DNA of 64,000 nt from Escherichia phage UE-S1, in the sequence record ON568341.1. One strand, given 5' to 3'. The notes below the pieces were generated by a model, which did not search any database, was not told the origin of the DNA, and was given only the letters and a program-made list of their open reading frames with translations. Within the stretch, counting starts at the first letter, position 1. Every line of letters begins with the position of its first letter. Made by a program: the position numbers and the translations under genes. Positions 18,728 to 28,798 of the stretch are shown here, piece by piece.

Positions 18728-20608
18728 ATGAAACCTATCCGAGTACTATCTCTTTTTAATGGGATGAGTGTAGGATACATGGCATTAAAAGATGCTGGTA
18801 TCCCTGTTGAAAAATATTATTCATCCGAAATTGACAAATTTGCTATAGCTGAATCCCAAGCTAACTTCCCCGATATCATCCAATTGGGTGATGTAACTAG
18901 ATGGAAAGAATGGGATATCGAATGGGACAAGATAGATCTACTGATGGGTGGTTTTCCATGCTTCCCAGCAGGAACTATGATAATGACAAATAAAGGTCAT
19001 AAAGATATAAAAGATATAAAAATTGGTGATATGGTTCTTACACACACTGGACAGTACCAAAAAGTATTGAGTACTGGTGTTAAAAAGGCTCCCACTCGTA
19101 TTATTACAGGTCAAGGTCACCTTCCAATTGAATGTACCGATAATCATCCATTTTGGAGTAGGGAACGTCTAGCCAATAAATGGAATAATCAACGCCGAAG
19201 ATATGATTCTGTGTTTTCTGAACCGCAATGGGTAAATGCTATAGATCTTACTAAACAAAGTTATATTTGTAATGTTAAAAATATTACACATAATACAGTA
19301 AGTGATAAAGATGAAAAATATTGGTATTTTGTTGGTCGTTTTATGGGTGATGGATGTGCTAGTGTATCTAATAACAAATACAGTATTACTATTGTAGATT
19401 CATTAGATAAAGTTGATGAATTGAAAAAATGTTTTGATGATTTTGGATACAAATACACATTAGCTATTAAAGATAATCATGTAAGATGTGATATATATAG
19501 CAAAAAGCTTTATGATGAATTAATATGTATTGGGCATAAATCACAAAACAAATGTTTACCACCTGAAATATTCAATGAAACTATCAATAACAAAGAAGCA
19601 TTTATTAAAGGATACATGGATGCAGATGGTTGTGAGGATAAACACAATAAAAAATACAAATTTACCACCACAAGTTATAAAATAGTTCTTGGTATGCAAC
19701 AGTTAATCTTAGATACTTATCAACGTCATTGTACTATTAGTCAAACTGTTCCAAAAACAAAAAAATATATAAAAAATAAGTTGGTTAATCAGCTTCCGTA
19801 TTGGAATGTTCATTTTAGCTATAATAAAATTAAAAGAGATGATGTAATATATGATGAAATTTATATATGGAATCGTGGTGTAAAAAGTAATGTACCAACC
19901 GGAGAATGGAAAACCGTTTACAATATTGAAGTTGCAGTAGATAACACATATACGGCGAACAATATTGTAGTTCATAACTGCCAAGCGTGGTCAGTTGCAG
20001 GTAAACAGGGTGGAATAAATGATCCTCGTGGTATGTTATTCCATACAATGGTTGATATTTACCAGCACATAAAAAGTCTCAATCCAGACTTGAAAGTACT
20101 GTTCGAGAATGTTAAAATGAAAGAAGATTTCAAGCAATACATTAATAGTGTTCTTGAGATGACACCAGTACTGATAAATTCCCAGCATTATACGCCTCAC
20201 TTCAGGCAGAGATATTACTGGTACAGTACTGATAAACTTTTTATACCACCTGCATTATCAAATGCACCTAAACTTCAAGATATTATTGAAGATGGTTGGT
20301 ACACTGACAGAACCGCTTCGTACTGTATAGATGCTAACTATTTTAAGGGTGGGGATTGTAACCAGTACTTTAATAAATCAAGAAGACAAATTGTTTTCAA
20401 AGAACCTGATATCGATAGGGATTTCCTTCTTGAACATGGTAAGCGAAATGTGGACTATCGTCATTTAACAGTACAAGAGTGTTGCATGTTGCAAGGAATT
20501 GATGTAAACTACTTCAAAGTTAGTAGTTCAACACAAGCATACAAAATGCTTGGGAATGGATGGACTATGCCAGTTATATCACACTTACTACGAGATATAT
20601 TCTTTTGA
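18728..20608 (+). CDS. C5-cytosine DNA methyltransferase, intein-containing precursor (626 aa)
   Basis: Motif I SLFNGMSVG, motif IV GGFP|...|CQAWSVAGKQGG (split by intein), motif VI VLFENVK, QRYYW, C-terminal GNGWTMPV. Confidence 0.8.
   Translation: MKPIRVLSLFNGMSVGYMALKDAGIPVEKYYSSEIDKFAIAESQANFPDIIQLGDVTRWKEWDIEWDKIDLLMGGFPCFPAGTMIMTNKGHKDIKDIKIGDMVLTHTGQYQKVLSTGVKKAPTRIITGQGHLPIECTDNHPFWSRERLANKWNNQRRRYDSVFSEPQWVNAIDLTKQSYICNVKNITHNTVSDKDEKYWYFVGRFMGDGCASVSNNKYSITIVDSLDKVDELKKCFDDFGYKYTLAIKDNHVRCDIYSKKLYDELICIGHKSQNKCLPPEIFNETINNKEAFIKGYMDADGCEDKHNKKYKFTTTSYKIVLGMQQLILDTYQRHCTISQTVPKTKKYIKNKLVNQLPYWNVHFSYNKIKRDDVIYDEIYIWNRGVKSNVPTGEWKTVYNIEVAVDNTYTANNIVVHNCQAWSVAGKQGGINDPRGMLFHTMVDIYQHIKSLNPDLKVLFENVKMKEDFKQYINSVLEMTPVLINSQHYTPHFRQRYYWYSTDKLFIPPALSNAPKLQDIIEDGWYTDRTASYCIDANYFKGGDCNQYFNKSRRQIVFKEPDIDRDFLLEHGKRNVDYRHLTVQECCMLQGIDVNYFKVSSSTQAYKMLGNGWTMPVISHLLRDIFF
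18959..19978 (+). mobile_element. intein with LAGLIDADG homing-endonuclease domain (340 aa)
   Basis: Begins CFPAGTMIMT, block B CTDNHPF, LAGLIDADG motifs FVGRFMGDG and IKGYMDADG, ends VYNIEVAVDNTYTANNIVVHN, +1 Cys; excision restores GGFPCQAWS. Confidence 0.8.
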
Positions 20609-21090
20609 ACATAAACAAACACCAAACTTATATAAAACGTGCAGAAAGTTTCAAACGGCTGGCTGTAAAATCTGAATTAGAATTTAATTTGTATTATCCT
20701 AATATTGGTGATGAGGTATTTTATTGCTCACATTCAAAGAATGGAACTTTACTTAAATCGGGTAAAGGAACTATTGTTGATATGACCGCAAATTTCAGAG
20801 GTAAACTTAATGTAATGTACAAAGTGCAAGATTCAAGTACTGAGTGTATCCATGAAGTGATGCATAACATACCTGCATATCCAAAAGATTTTGTTCAGCT
20901 AATATCTCGAAGGGAGAAACCTATGTTTTATTGTGGTTACGACAAATTAACCAAACAAATTATTCCTAATACTATGGGAAAATTTAAAAGTGATGTAAAA
21001 TCTGAACTAGAAAAGAAATTTGGTACATCATGGGAAACTGAAAACGAGTTTATCGAAATTCGTTTAATTGAAGTTACTATTCTTGATTAA
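20560..21090 (+). CDS. hypothetical protein; start uncertain
   Basis: Track ORF overlapping methyltransferase 3' end by 49 nt; alternative ATG at 20782. Confidence 0.4.
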   Translation: MDYASYITLTTRYILLNINKHQTYIKRAESFKRLAVKSELEFNLYYPNIGDEVFYCSHSKNGTLLKSGKGTIVDMTANFRGKLNVMYKVQDSSTECIHEVMHNIPAYPKDFVQLISRREKPMFYCGYDKLTKQIIPNTMGKFKSDVKSELEKKFGTSWETENEFIEIRLIEVTILD

Positions 21091-21096
21091 TTATAA

Positions 21097-21120
21097 ATCC
21101 ACGCAATGCGTGGATTTTTC
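21097..21120 (+). terminator. rho-independent terminator
   Basis: ATCCACGC-aat-GCGTGGAT followed by TTTTC. Confidence 0.7.
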
Positions 21121-21132
21121 ATAGGTGTATAT

Positions 21133-21648
21133 ATGTCAATTCCTTATGTTAAAATTATTAACAATATTCTTGATTCTTGGGAAGATGTCATTATTGGTAA
21201 AAAGAAGCCTTTACCCGTTCATGCACTATCTGGAAAACTTCAATTCAGAATGTCAAATAAAACTGAAACGTTTAATAATCATGATATTTGTATTACACTA
21301 AAAACACCTGATTGTATTGTAATTAAAAAAAATAAAGATGATGAATTGACATTATCTATTGGTCGTGATAAAATCATTTTAAATAATTTGTCTGAAGAAG
21401 AATTTTTTCAAATAAGTACTATTATCGACATGAAAGATTTTACATATGAATCGTTGATAGAACTCAATACACGTTTTATCGATATACAGGAACGATTGCG
21501 ACCCATTCTTCGTATCGAAGAAGAAGCTTGGATTGAAAGTATGAATAAGATGCAAGAAATGTTGAAAGAAACTATTAACAATATGGGTCAATCTATTTTG
21601 GACATTGGTAAAACTTTTAAACTCAACTTTTCAAAGGAACGTAAATGA
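21133..21648 (+). CDS. FQxS-motif paralog family member (~171 aa)
   Basis: SEEEFFQISTIIDMKDFT; ATG 21133 after AGGTG (track start lies inside the terminator). Confidence 0.6.
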   Translation: MSIPYVKIINNILDSWEDVIIGKKKPLPVHALSGKLQFRMSNKTETFNNHDICITLKTPDCIVIKKNKDDELTLSIGRDKIILNNLSEEEFFQISTIIDMKDFTYESLIELNTRFIDIQERLRPILRIEEEAWIESMNKMQEMLKETINNMGQSILDIGKTFKLNFSKERK

Positions 21649-22097
21649 AAATCGATGAACTGATTTATATTTTAGGTAACTTGCATAAAATATTGTTACA
21701 TCGCAACGAGATGAATAAACTAGGATATAATATCTCTAATGTAAATGAAGCAACATTTAAATATAACTCAATCACTGGTGGAAATTATAATATTGTGTAT
21801 TGCTATGAAACGGACCCAGACTGTTACCAACTTACGTTATACTTTTCTCCAACAAACCCAGCCTTTGTTCACGACATATCATCAATATCACTTGACCCAG
21901 ATGGAGAAATGAGTATAGAATATAACTATGATTCTAAAAAAGAATGTTATGTTGAAGATATGAAAAATATGTTTAACGATGAATATGTGTTCCAGCTAAG
22001 TACTGTACATGATGTTGGCAGTACTAATGGACAATTTTGGAATACATGTTATTATCATATGATTGAAATTTGTAAATTACTAAAAGGCGATGATTAA
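21645..22097 (+). CDS. FQxS-motif paralog family member (150 aa)
   Basis: C-terminal NDEYVFQLSTVHDVGST. Confidence 0.6.
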   Translation: MKIDELIYILGNLHKILLHRNEMNKLGYNISNVNEATFKYNSITGGNYNIVYCYETDPDCYQLTLYFSPTNPAFVHDISSISLDPDGEMSIEYNYDSKKECYVEDMKNMFNDEYVFQLSTVHDVGSTNGQFWNTCYYHMIEICKLLKGDD

Positions 22098-22480
22098 TGA
22101 AATACAGCATTGAAGTACATTACACTACAGGTGACACTGAAACAGAAGATTCAGTTACCAATACATTGGATGTTCAATGGGAATCAAAGGATGAGGCAGT
22201 TGTAGCATTACAGTCTTTGAAAGAGCATTGGGTATTCTTTAAGAAACTCGATGATGCATATAGTAACGAACGTGCGACCATAATCGATGAAGCCAAACAT
22301 AAAGAATGGTTTGATCCAATGTCATGTGAATTCTCTTTCTTTGTAAAAAATGGAGATGAAAAAATTCCAGTACATACACCGTGGAACGGCTACTTTGAAA
22401 CTCTTCATAATGCACGAGTTATCGCTGTGGATAATCCTGAACAAATCGATTTCGATTCATTGGACTGGAAAAAACTATGA
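22097..22480 (+). CDS. hypothetical protein (127 aa)
   Basis: Track ORF. Confidence 0.5.
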   Translation: MKYSIEVHYTTGDTETEDSVTNTLDVQWESKDEAVVALQSLKEHWVFFKKLDDAYSNERATIIDEAKHKEWFDPMSCEFSFFVKNGDEKIPVHTPWNGYFETLHNARVIAVDNPEQIDFDSLDWKKL

Positions 22481-22920
22481 CAGTACTGCACCAATTGAAG
22501 AAGGTTAAGCATCCAGTTGTATATGAGGACTGGAAACGTCAGAAGCTGATGGGTGACTTTTATTACCCAAAATCTAAAGTACTGGCAACGTCAAAAGCTA
22601 TATACTTGAAATATAAGGATGAAGATTGTTTGTGTATTCAAATGGGATTCCATCCTAAAGTTGGTTTGTTTACATCAAATCAAACATTTTATAAATTTAG
22701 AATTCAAAAAGATACATTTAGTATTCATATCGAAAAGCATGATGTACAAGATACAATTTATCGTGTGGAAAGTGAGCCTTTGAATCTTGTTGAGATTCCG
22801 TACAATAATTTAGAAGAAATGTACTTTCAGCAGTTGACAATACAAGAAGACTTTGGTATGATAGGACTTCAAGAGTTAGAGATGATTAAACAAATTCGTG
22901 ATGTCTACTTTAAGGAGTAA
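22477..22920 (+). CDS. FQxS-motif paralog family member, divergent (147 aa)
   Basis: C-terminal NLEEMYFQQLTIQEDFGMIGL. Confidence 0.55.
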   Translation: MTVLHQLKKVKHPVVYEDWKRQKLMGDFYYPKSKVLATSKAIYLKYKDEDCLCIQMGFHPKVGLFTSNQTFYKFRIQKDTFSIHIEKHDVQDTIYRVESEPLNLVEIPYNNLEEMYFQQLTIQEDFGMIGLQELEMIKQIRDVYFKE

Positions 22921-23053
22921 CTATGCCAGTACGTAACAGTACTTCACGCTTTACGCTTCAACAGAAAGCAGATCTTTTGAATATGGCAAACAAAGATTCT
23001 AATTTTCACTATCTAGTGCTCGGTGGGTCAGTAGAAAAGATTGACCTACGTGA

Positions 23054-23251
23054 GTGTATGAAATAACAAAAGGGGCTAAAATGAGTCTACGTGAATCATG
23101 GGAACAATTTAAAGAAGAGATTGGTTATCGTGGTGTTAAGATTGAAAAAATCAATCGTTCTGAAAGCATCAAAGCCAGTTCTAATGGCACTACTTATGAT
23201 CGTTATGATGAAAAGTATGGTTTGCATTCTAACCCGAAGGATAGTGAATAA
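23054..23251 (+). CDS. hypothetical protein (65 aa)
   Basis: Track ORF. Confidence 0.35.
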   Translation: MYEITKGAKMSLRESWEQFKEEIGYRGVKIEKINRSESIKASSNGTTYDRYDEKYGLHSNPKDSE

Positions 23252-23390
23252 TGGTATACACTAACATTTTTACTGGTATTATGCGTAAATTTATTAATGG
23301 TACTGGATACGTATCCAATGACAACGGTAGTACATGGGTAAAAAATAATACGTCTGAATCTTTAGTAAAAAGTCTTCCGTATTATAAAGC

Positions 23391-23419
23391 TTGACACATG
23401 AAAATGGAGTATGTATAAT
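23391..23419 (+). promoter_or_regulatory. sigma70-like promoter (TTGACA-N17-TATAAT)
   Basis: Consensus hexamers upstream of ORF 23452. Confidence 0.6.
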
Positions 23420-23451
23420 ACTCCTATATTAATTAAACGAGGATATACGAA

Positions 23452-24024
23452 ATGGCGGGTGTTGATAAAATTTGCGAATTCAGTTCAGATTATGAAGGGT
23501 ACGAAATGTATAAGTCCAAGCGTAATCACATTCAAGTACTGTCAAAGTACCGAAAACATTTTAGAGGACACAAAGCAACCCTGTATATTTTTGAAAACGG
23601 ATTGAAAGAGGTATGGAAGTCGGGTGCGTTATCTGATGCAACGATGGAATGTGTAAATCCAAACCCAACTGAAGAGAACTGGAATAACCACGAATATTTC
23701 CGTGTTGCCACACGTACACCTTGGGGTAAAAAGGAATGCTTTGGTGTATTCTTTGATAACATTAATGAATACAAAGCTGCATTAAAACAATATCACCAGC
23801 GTTTACTAATGAATTATGATTACATTCTTCATGTACCAACTGTTCCTGGACAGGTTAATGGTATCTATACGAACAGTACGCATGATTTAACTGCGGTGAA
23901 ACGTCGTCTTAAACGTATGTTGGGTAGTGGTAATTTAACAATCAAGGTTATGCGTAATGAATCAATGTATAACTTTTTAAATATCCTACACTACACATTA
24001 AAGGATAATAATGGAAACGATTAA
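23452..24024 (+). CDS. hypothetical protein (190 aa)
   Basis: Track ORF. Confidence 0.5.
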   Translation: MAGVDKICEFSSDYEGYEMYKSKRNHIQVLSKYRKHFRGHKATLYIFENGLKEVWKSGALSDATMECVNPNPTEENWNNHEYFRVATRTPWGKKECFGVFFDNINEYKAALKQYHQRLLMNYDYILHVPTVPGQVNGIYTNSTHDLTAVKRRLKRMLGSGNLTIKVMRNESMYNFLNILHYTLKDNNGND

Positions 24025-24208
24025 GTTTATTTTTGAGGTGTTTGTTGCATTCATCTTATGTATTGTATCTATTACTATTTCTTTAATCCCAGTCATCGTG
24101 TACCAAATTAATGGCGGCACTGATCCAACAGTTGATATGTTTCTTCGTTGCTTTGGATTTTGTATATGGTTAGCGATGTTTATGTTCTATATGCATCGTG
24201 AGGAATAA
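24011..24208 (+). CDS. small membrane protein (65 aa)
   Basis: Two hydrophobic segments. Confidence 0.4.
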   Translation: METIKFIFEVFVAFILCIVSITISLIPVIVYQINGGTDPTVDMFLRCFGFCIWLAMFMFYMHREE

Positions 24209-24210
24209 TT

Positions 24211-25041
24211 ATGTCATTGGAAAAAGTAATCATTTCTGAATTCCGAAAGTATATCATGGATTGTGATAGAGATGTGCAACGTAAATTCAATGAGTATCTT
24301 GACAAATATCCGTATTTGATGTTTAATCCGTTTGAAGTTGATAATGATTTATATCTTGGATTTTACATAGGATTTACTCACCGAATTCTACATAAAGATG
24401 AGATGAAACAATCTGAGATTTGGGTAGAAACTGACTCAGCCGAGTCTAATATTTTTTATCTTTATACATATTATGCCGAAATTGTTAGAGATATGACACC
24501 TGACGGTTGTCTATTTGTACAATCGTCTGATATTGAAAGAATATATGTAGAACCTGTATCTTTGGACATGGTTGCACAACTTCCAACTATCCAACAGTTA
24601 GGTGCGGAAGAATTAACTTATTCTGTATTTGAATATTTAAATAGAGATGATTTGACTCAAGAAATTGATAAAATGGTTTCTAAATATACTTCATCCCTTA
24701 TTTCGGATGGTAAACTCAGATTGGAATTAATTTTTGAAGATACGAGTATTAATCCAGTAAGAGGGGTTACAATTGGAAACGTTACCATACGTGTTGTTTA
24801 CGATAATGAAGTTCTAGGATATATCTCAAAACGTGGTCATGATTTATGTATAAATAGAACATTCGTTATTTCTCGTAAAAAATGGAATGATTTAATGCAG
24901 AAAATTGTTGACGGCAGTAAAATTCGTGATATAATATGTAATGATATGGTAATAATGAATCCCGATGTTGACTGTGATGTATATTTTCCAGTACCTGGGT
25001 TTACACGAGAAAACTTTAGTAAATTGAAGGATACGAAATGA
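24211..25041 (+). CDS. hypothetical protein (276 aa)
   Basis: Track ORF. Confidence 0.55.
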   Translation: MSLEKVIISEFRKYIMDCDRDVQRKFNEYLDKYPYLMFNPFEVDNDLYLGFYIGFTHRILHKDEMKQSEIWVETDSAESNIFYLYTYYAEIVRDMTPDGCLFVQSSDIERIYVEPVSLDMVAQLPTIQQLGAEELTYSVFEYLNRDDLTQEIDKMVSKYTSSLISDGKLRLELIFEDTSINPVRGVTIGNVTIRVVYDNEVLGYISKRGHDLCINRTFVISRKKWNDLMQKIVDGSKIRDIICNDMVIMNPDVDCDVYFPVPGFTRENFSKLKDTK

Positions 25042-25328
25042 AAATTTTAGAAGTCTTGCTAGAAAAAGATGCATCTGGTACACTTTATGTTGGTAATGAG
25101 TTCAGTCCAGATCCAATTGATATGTTACAAAGAATCCAAACACTGACTCAAAATATCTCAGTTAAAAAACCGTTTCAGAAAGAATTGGAAATCTTTTGTG
25201 ATAAAGATATTGAACAGCATGATAATGTGATTTCAGATATTAAAAGTCTATTGACAAAAAATGGTTATGTAGAGTATAATCCTCCTATCGTAATCGTTAT
25301 TCCAGACTTCATGAAAGGAACAATCTAA
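25038..25328 (+). CDS. hypothetical protein (96 aa)
   Basis: Track ORF. Confidence 0.5.
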   Translation: MKILEVLLEKDASGTLYVGNEFSPDPIDMLQRIQTLTQNISVKKPFQKELEIFCDKDIEQHDNVISDIKSLLTKNGYVEYNPPIVIVIPDFMKGTI

Positions 25329-25597
25329 TGACTAAAGACGAAATGAAATCTCGCTTAAGAGAACTGAAGAAAGAGCGTAAACTAGTACGTTTAGACTGGG
25401 ATATCCTTAACAGGAAAGATGAGCAATCATATGCTAACTGGAGTTCTGAGAAAGTACGAAATGACCGTTCTAAAGAAGATGCAAAGCAATTCATGGCATT
25501 AACGAAGCGACTAACATCTTTGAACAGTGAAATTGCTGGCCTTCAGAAAGAGATCATTTCCATTCTTAAAGCGGAGATTGAATCACTCTATGAATAA
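25328..25597 (+). CDS. hypothetical coiled-coil protein (89 aa)
   Basis: Track ORF. Confidence 0.5.
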   Translation: MTKDEMKSRLRELKKERKLVRLDWDILNRKDEQSYANWSSEKVRNDRSKEDAKQFMALTKRLTSLNSEIAGLQKEIISILKAEIESLYE

Positions 25598-25886
25598 CCA
25601 TGAAGTAATTCATTTTGATGATAAGATCTATGTACCAAATAGTGATAGTACTGAAACATATTACCTAATCAATAAGATTATGGCTGAAACAAATACTTGT
25701 TGTCACCAACAGCCGGGAAAATATGAATTCAGACAGACTGTTGGCTATTACCGATATGATATGTTAGAATCATTTATAATTGATAAGTCTAAAGTTATTG
25801 ACATTCTTGTACAGAATGGATATAATGAAGAACAGGTAAATGATACAGATTTACCAGTTTCACAAATTGTTCTTTCTAATAATTAA
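25590..25886 (+). CDS. hypothetical protein (~98 aa)
   Basis: ATG at 25590 overlapping upstream stop. Confidence 0.45.
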   Translation: MNNHEVIHFDDKIYVPNSDSTETYYLINKIMAETNTCCHQQPGKYEFRQTVGYYRYDMLESFIIDKSKVIDILVQNGYNEEQVNDTDLPVSQIVLSNN

Positions 25887-25888
25887 AG

Positions 25889-25918
25889 TTGGACAATAAA
25901 CATATATTGTGATATAAT
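25889..25918 (+). promoter_or_regulatory. sigma70-like promoter (TTGGAC-N18-TGaTATAAT)
   Basis: Extended -10. Confidence 0.45.
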
Positions 25919-26001
25919 ATTTGTTATCGGCAGATGTTAAAATGCAAACCATTCCTCAATGATGAGGGTTTTTCATAAAAAAGAAATAAAAGGGTATTAA
26001 A

Positions 26002-26211
26002 ATGGCTAAAGAAACTAACGCACAAGTACTAGATATCACCGACTTCGACCGCACCGTGAACTACATTCAATTCCAGATTCATCAAGCAGAAGAAGCTCTA
26101 GCAGTCTTTCACGGTACTGGTGCAAGGCCAATCCGTTTTGCTCACTTGATTGCATGGAAGAAAAGTCTTCAAGAAGAACTATCTGAACTGCGTAAAGCAA
26201 ATCGTAAGTAA
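26002..26211 (+). CDS. hypothetical protein (69 aa)
   Basis: Track ORF flanked by terminator-like hairpins. Confidence 0.45.
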   Translation: MAKETNAQVLDITDFDRTVNYIQFQIHQAEEALAVFHGTGARPIRFAHLIAWKKSLQEELSELRKANRK

Positions 26212-26221
26212 TTTATCTTAC

Positions 26222-26250
26222 CGCCTCATCATTGTTGATGGGGCATTTTA
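26222..26250 (+). terminator. rho-independent terminator (one wobble)
   Basis: CCTCATCA-ttgt-TGATGGGG followed by T-run. Confidence 0.5.
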
Positions 26251-26276
26251 ATCATATAAAGTAAGAGGATTTATAA

Positions 26277-26783
26277 ATGAGTGTTGAATATTGGTTTTTG
26301 ATTGTGTGTATTGGGACACTGGCACTAATCACCATTGGTTTGACCTTCAATACTATGATCAGTGGGAGTAAGTACTTTAAAACATTTCAACTTTTAATGT
26401 CTGCAATGCCATATAGTGCTGATGCCGAAAAAACAATTACTCTAATTTTAGATAAGTTCGATGCAAATCTTTTGATTGCTAAAATTTCAGCGTGCGATAC
26501 AAATATTGTATTTTACTCACCAGATAATGACTTGGATAAAAAAGATACCCAATACTCAAACCAAGCAGTTGCTGAAATTTTTATTGGTTCAAAATATTAT
26601 GCCTATGGATATGTAAGAAAATATTATTCAGAAGCAAAAGCTGAGTTGACAAAAAAACGACCTTCTATTAAAACGTTAAAACGCATCATTGCGTTGGAAA
26701 AATCACTTCGCGGACAGACAAGCGTAAATGAACCACCATCAGTGATTAAATCCAAAAAAAGTAACGTAGTGGAGTTAGAGTAA
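26277..26783 (+). CDS. membrane-anchored protein (168 aa)
   Basis: N-terminal hydrophobic helix. Confidence 0.5.
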   Translation: MSVEYWFLIVCIGTLALITIGLTFNTMISGSKYFKTFQLLMSAMPYSADAEKTITLILDKFDANLLIAKISACDTNIVFYSPDNDLDKKDTQYSNQAVAEIFIGSKYYAYGYVRKYYSEAKAELTKKRPSIKTLKRIIALEKSLRGQTSVNEPPSVIKSKKSNVVELE

Positions 26784-27073
26784 TGGAACCAGAAAAATCA
26801 AAACAAATTCTTATTGATGTACAAGCTAAACTGTTAGATGTTATGGAAATCATCAATGAGTTACCATCGGGTTATAAGTACAAAGTTCGTGAAATGTTAT
26901 CATGTGCTGAAACTGTTGTTTCTATGTATAATGATATACAGCATGGTGTTATTCCTGATATTCTCAAAAATGACGTAAATATTGATACTGATGAAAAAGA
27001 AACAAATATAGAATCAGAAACAATCTCTAATAAAAAAGTTCTTGACATTAGTGGTATAAAAATTAATATCTAA
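26783..27073 (+). CDS. hypothetical protein (96 aa)
   Basis: Track ORF. Confidence 0.5.
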   Translation: MEPEKSKQILIDVQAKLLDVMEIINELPSGYKYKVREMLSCAETVVSMYNDIQHGVIPDILKNDVNIDTDEKETNIESETISNKKVLDISGIKINI

Positions 27074-27257
27074 TAACATCCAATAGGAGAAGTAATGAGT
27101 AATCAAAAAATTGATTTAGTAGTAAAACTTCAAGAGATTCAATCACTAGCTAAAGAACTCGATGAAGCACGTGCATCAGTGGTCGATTCTTTGTGTGCAA
27201 CCATATTAGCTGTATTTTCAGATTATGATAAAAACACTGATTAACATTACTTTTTAT

Positions 27258-27288
27258 ATACCCAGTCAAGTACTGGGTATTTTTTTAA
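27258..27288 (+). terminator. rho-independent terminator
   Basis: ATACCCAGT-caagt-ACTGGGTAT followed by TTTTTTT. Confidence 0.7.
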
Positions 27289-27297
27289 GGAAATAAA

Positions 27298-27543
27298 ATG
27301 ACTGAATCAGAACTACACGAAATGATAGATTTCATTTATGAAATGGTGCAAGATAAAAATAACATCAATACAATTGCATCAGGCCCAAGACAAATTGGTA
27401 ACCAAATAACATATTCTTTGTCCTTATGGTTACACCCGTGCTTAAAGGTTGATTGTTTGTATTTCCGTCCTGATATTGATGCATATTATTTTGTAAATCA
27501 TGATGCATTAATGAAACCACATAATCGTCCTGTTGATGGATAA
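27298..27543 (+). CDS. hypothetical protein (81 aa)
   Basis: Track ORF. Confidence 0.45.
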   Translation: MTESELHEMIDFIYEMVQDKNNINTIASGPRQIGNQITYSLSLWLHPCLKVDCLYFRPDIDAYYFVNHDALMKPHNRPVDG

Positions 27544-27738
27544 CTTTGTGACGCACCCATTTTACCTGGCTGATTCTGAAGAAGATGAGTTTCAAAAGAA
27601 CACAACGTTAAGCCCTAGCGAAATTTGCATCCCTTACACACTAAAAGATAAAATGATTTACATCACAGAAGTTATGAAAACATGCTGGTAAGTGCAATGA
27701 AACTCTGATATAATACTATGACTTACTAAGGAGAACAT

Positions 27739-28308
27739 ATGAACTTTATTAAATTCAACACATCTGAGTCAGAAGCATACTTTAATACAAATAATAAATT
27801 TAATATTATTCTTAAAGACGGAACGGTTGTTATCGGAGTATCATTGCTTTCATTTGATGGCGAAAAACTCAATACTGTTTATAAATTCACCAATCTTGAT
27901 GGTGATTACTGGGATACATCAGATGTATCTAAAATTTGCACACATTATGTATTTGAATCTATTGAAGTTGGTGATGGCTGGGCATTGACCTGTAATGGTA
28001 ATAAAGTATTTTCTGGTAACATATTTGGGGTAATTTCCAGTAAAGAAATCGTAGACCATCATCTTCATGTTCTCAATAATAACGCCAACACTTATACACC
28101 TGATAATATCAAAATTCACGATATTGTAACATATACTGATTATAATGGTTTCAGACATAAAGCAATCGTAACTGAAGTTAAAAAACCAAAAAATTATTTC
28201 GACCACGGTTTAATTGAAGTATATATGGTAGGTGGCGAAAAACAATACTTTGATCATTTCACTTATACTGGTTGGGATAGATTCCTAACCGTTATTGAGG
28301 AATACTAA
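27739..28308 (+). CDS. hypothetical protein (189 aa)
   Basis: AGGAGAA RBS upstream. Confidence 0.55.
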   Translation: MNFIKFNTSESEAYFNTNNKFNIILKDGTVVIGVSLLSFDGEKLNTVYKFTNLDGDYWDTSDVSKICTHYVFESIEVGDGWALTCNGNKVFSGNIFGVISSKEIVDHHLHVLNNNANTYTPDNIKIHDIVTYTDYNGFRHKAIVTEVKKPKNYFDHGLIEVYMVGGEKQYFDHFTYTGWDRFLTVIEEY

Positions 28309-28309
28309 C

Positions 28310-28798
28310 ATGCCGATTCGTGGTGTACCAGAACCATTAATGGAAGTTATTAAGCATGTTCGCATTGGAGATCGAGAAGTTAATCTTCGCCGTAATAACA
28401 TTTATTACTTTAAAACTTCAGAAATGAGTTCTGTACAGATTGTCATTGGTACATCTATTAAGATTACTCGTGTACTTGATGGTAGTACTGACTTCGTTGA
28501 ATATAATGTACTTACTAATAAAGTAACGCATATATATAAATGGAGTGGGTATAAAACTATTAAGTATGAATTTGACTTAGCTAGAACTGAAGAAGAACGA
28601 TTTATGCTGAGTACTATCAATCCAGCAAACTATCCCGATCTTGATGCATTTTTGCTAATTTTAAAATTGTATAATGAAGCAAATCAGAAAGCTAAAGAGT
28701 ATGATAGAATCATGTATGAACGCCGAAAAGAACGTGCACAAAAAAGTTATGATCTGTATGATAGCCCATACGTGAAATATACTAAGGGGTCGAAATGA
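28310..28798 (+). CDS. FQxS-motif paralog family member, divergent (~162 aa)
   Basis: TEEERFMLSTINPANYPDL; ATG 28310. Confidence 0.55.
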   Translation: MPIRGVPEPLMEVIKHVRIGDREVNLRRNNIYYFKTSEMSSVQIVIGTSIKITRVLDGSTDFVEYNVLTNKVTHIYKWSGYKTIKYEFDLARTEEERFMLSTINPANYPDLDAFLLILKLYNEANQKAKEYDRIMYERRKERAQKSYDLYDSPYVKYTKGSK

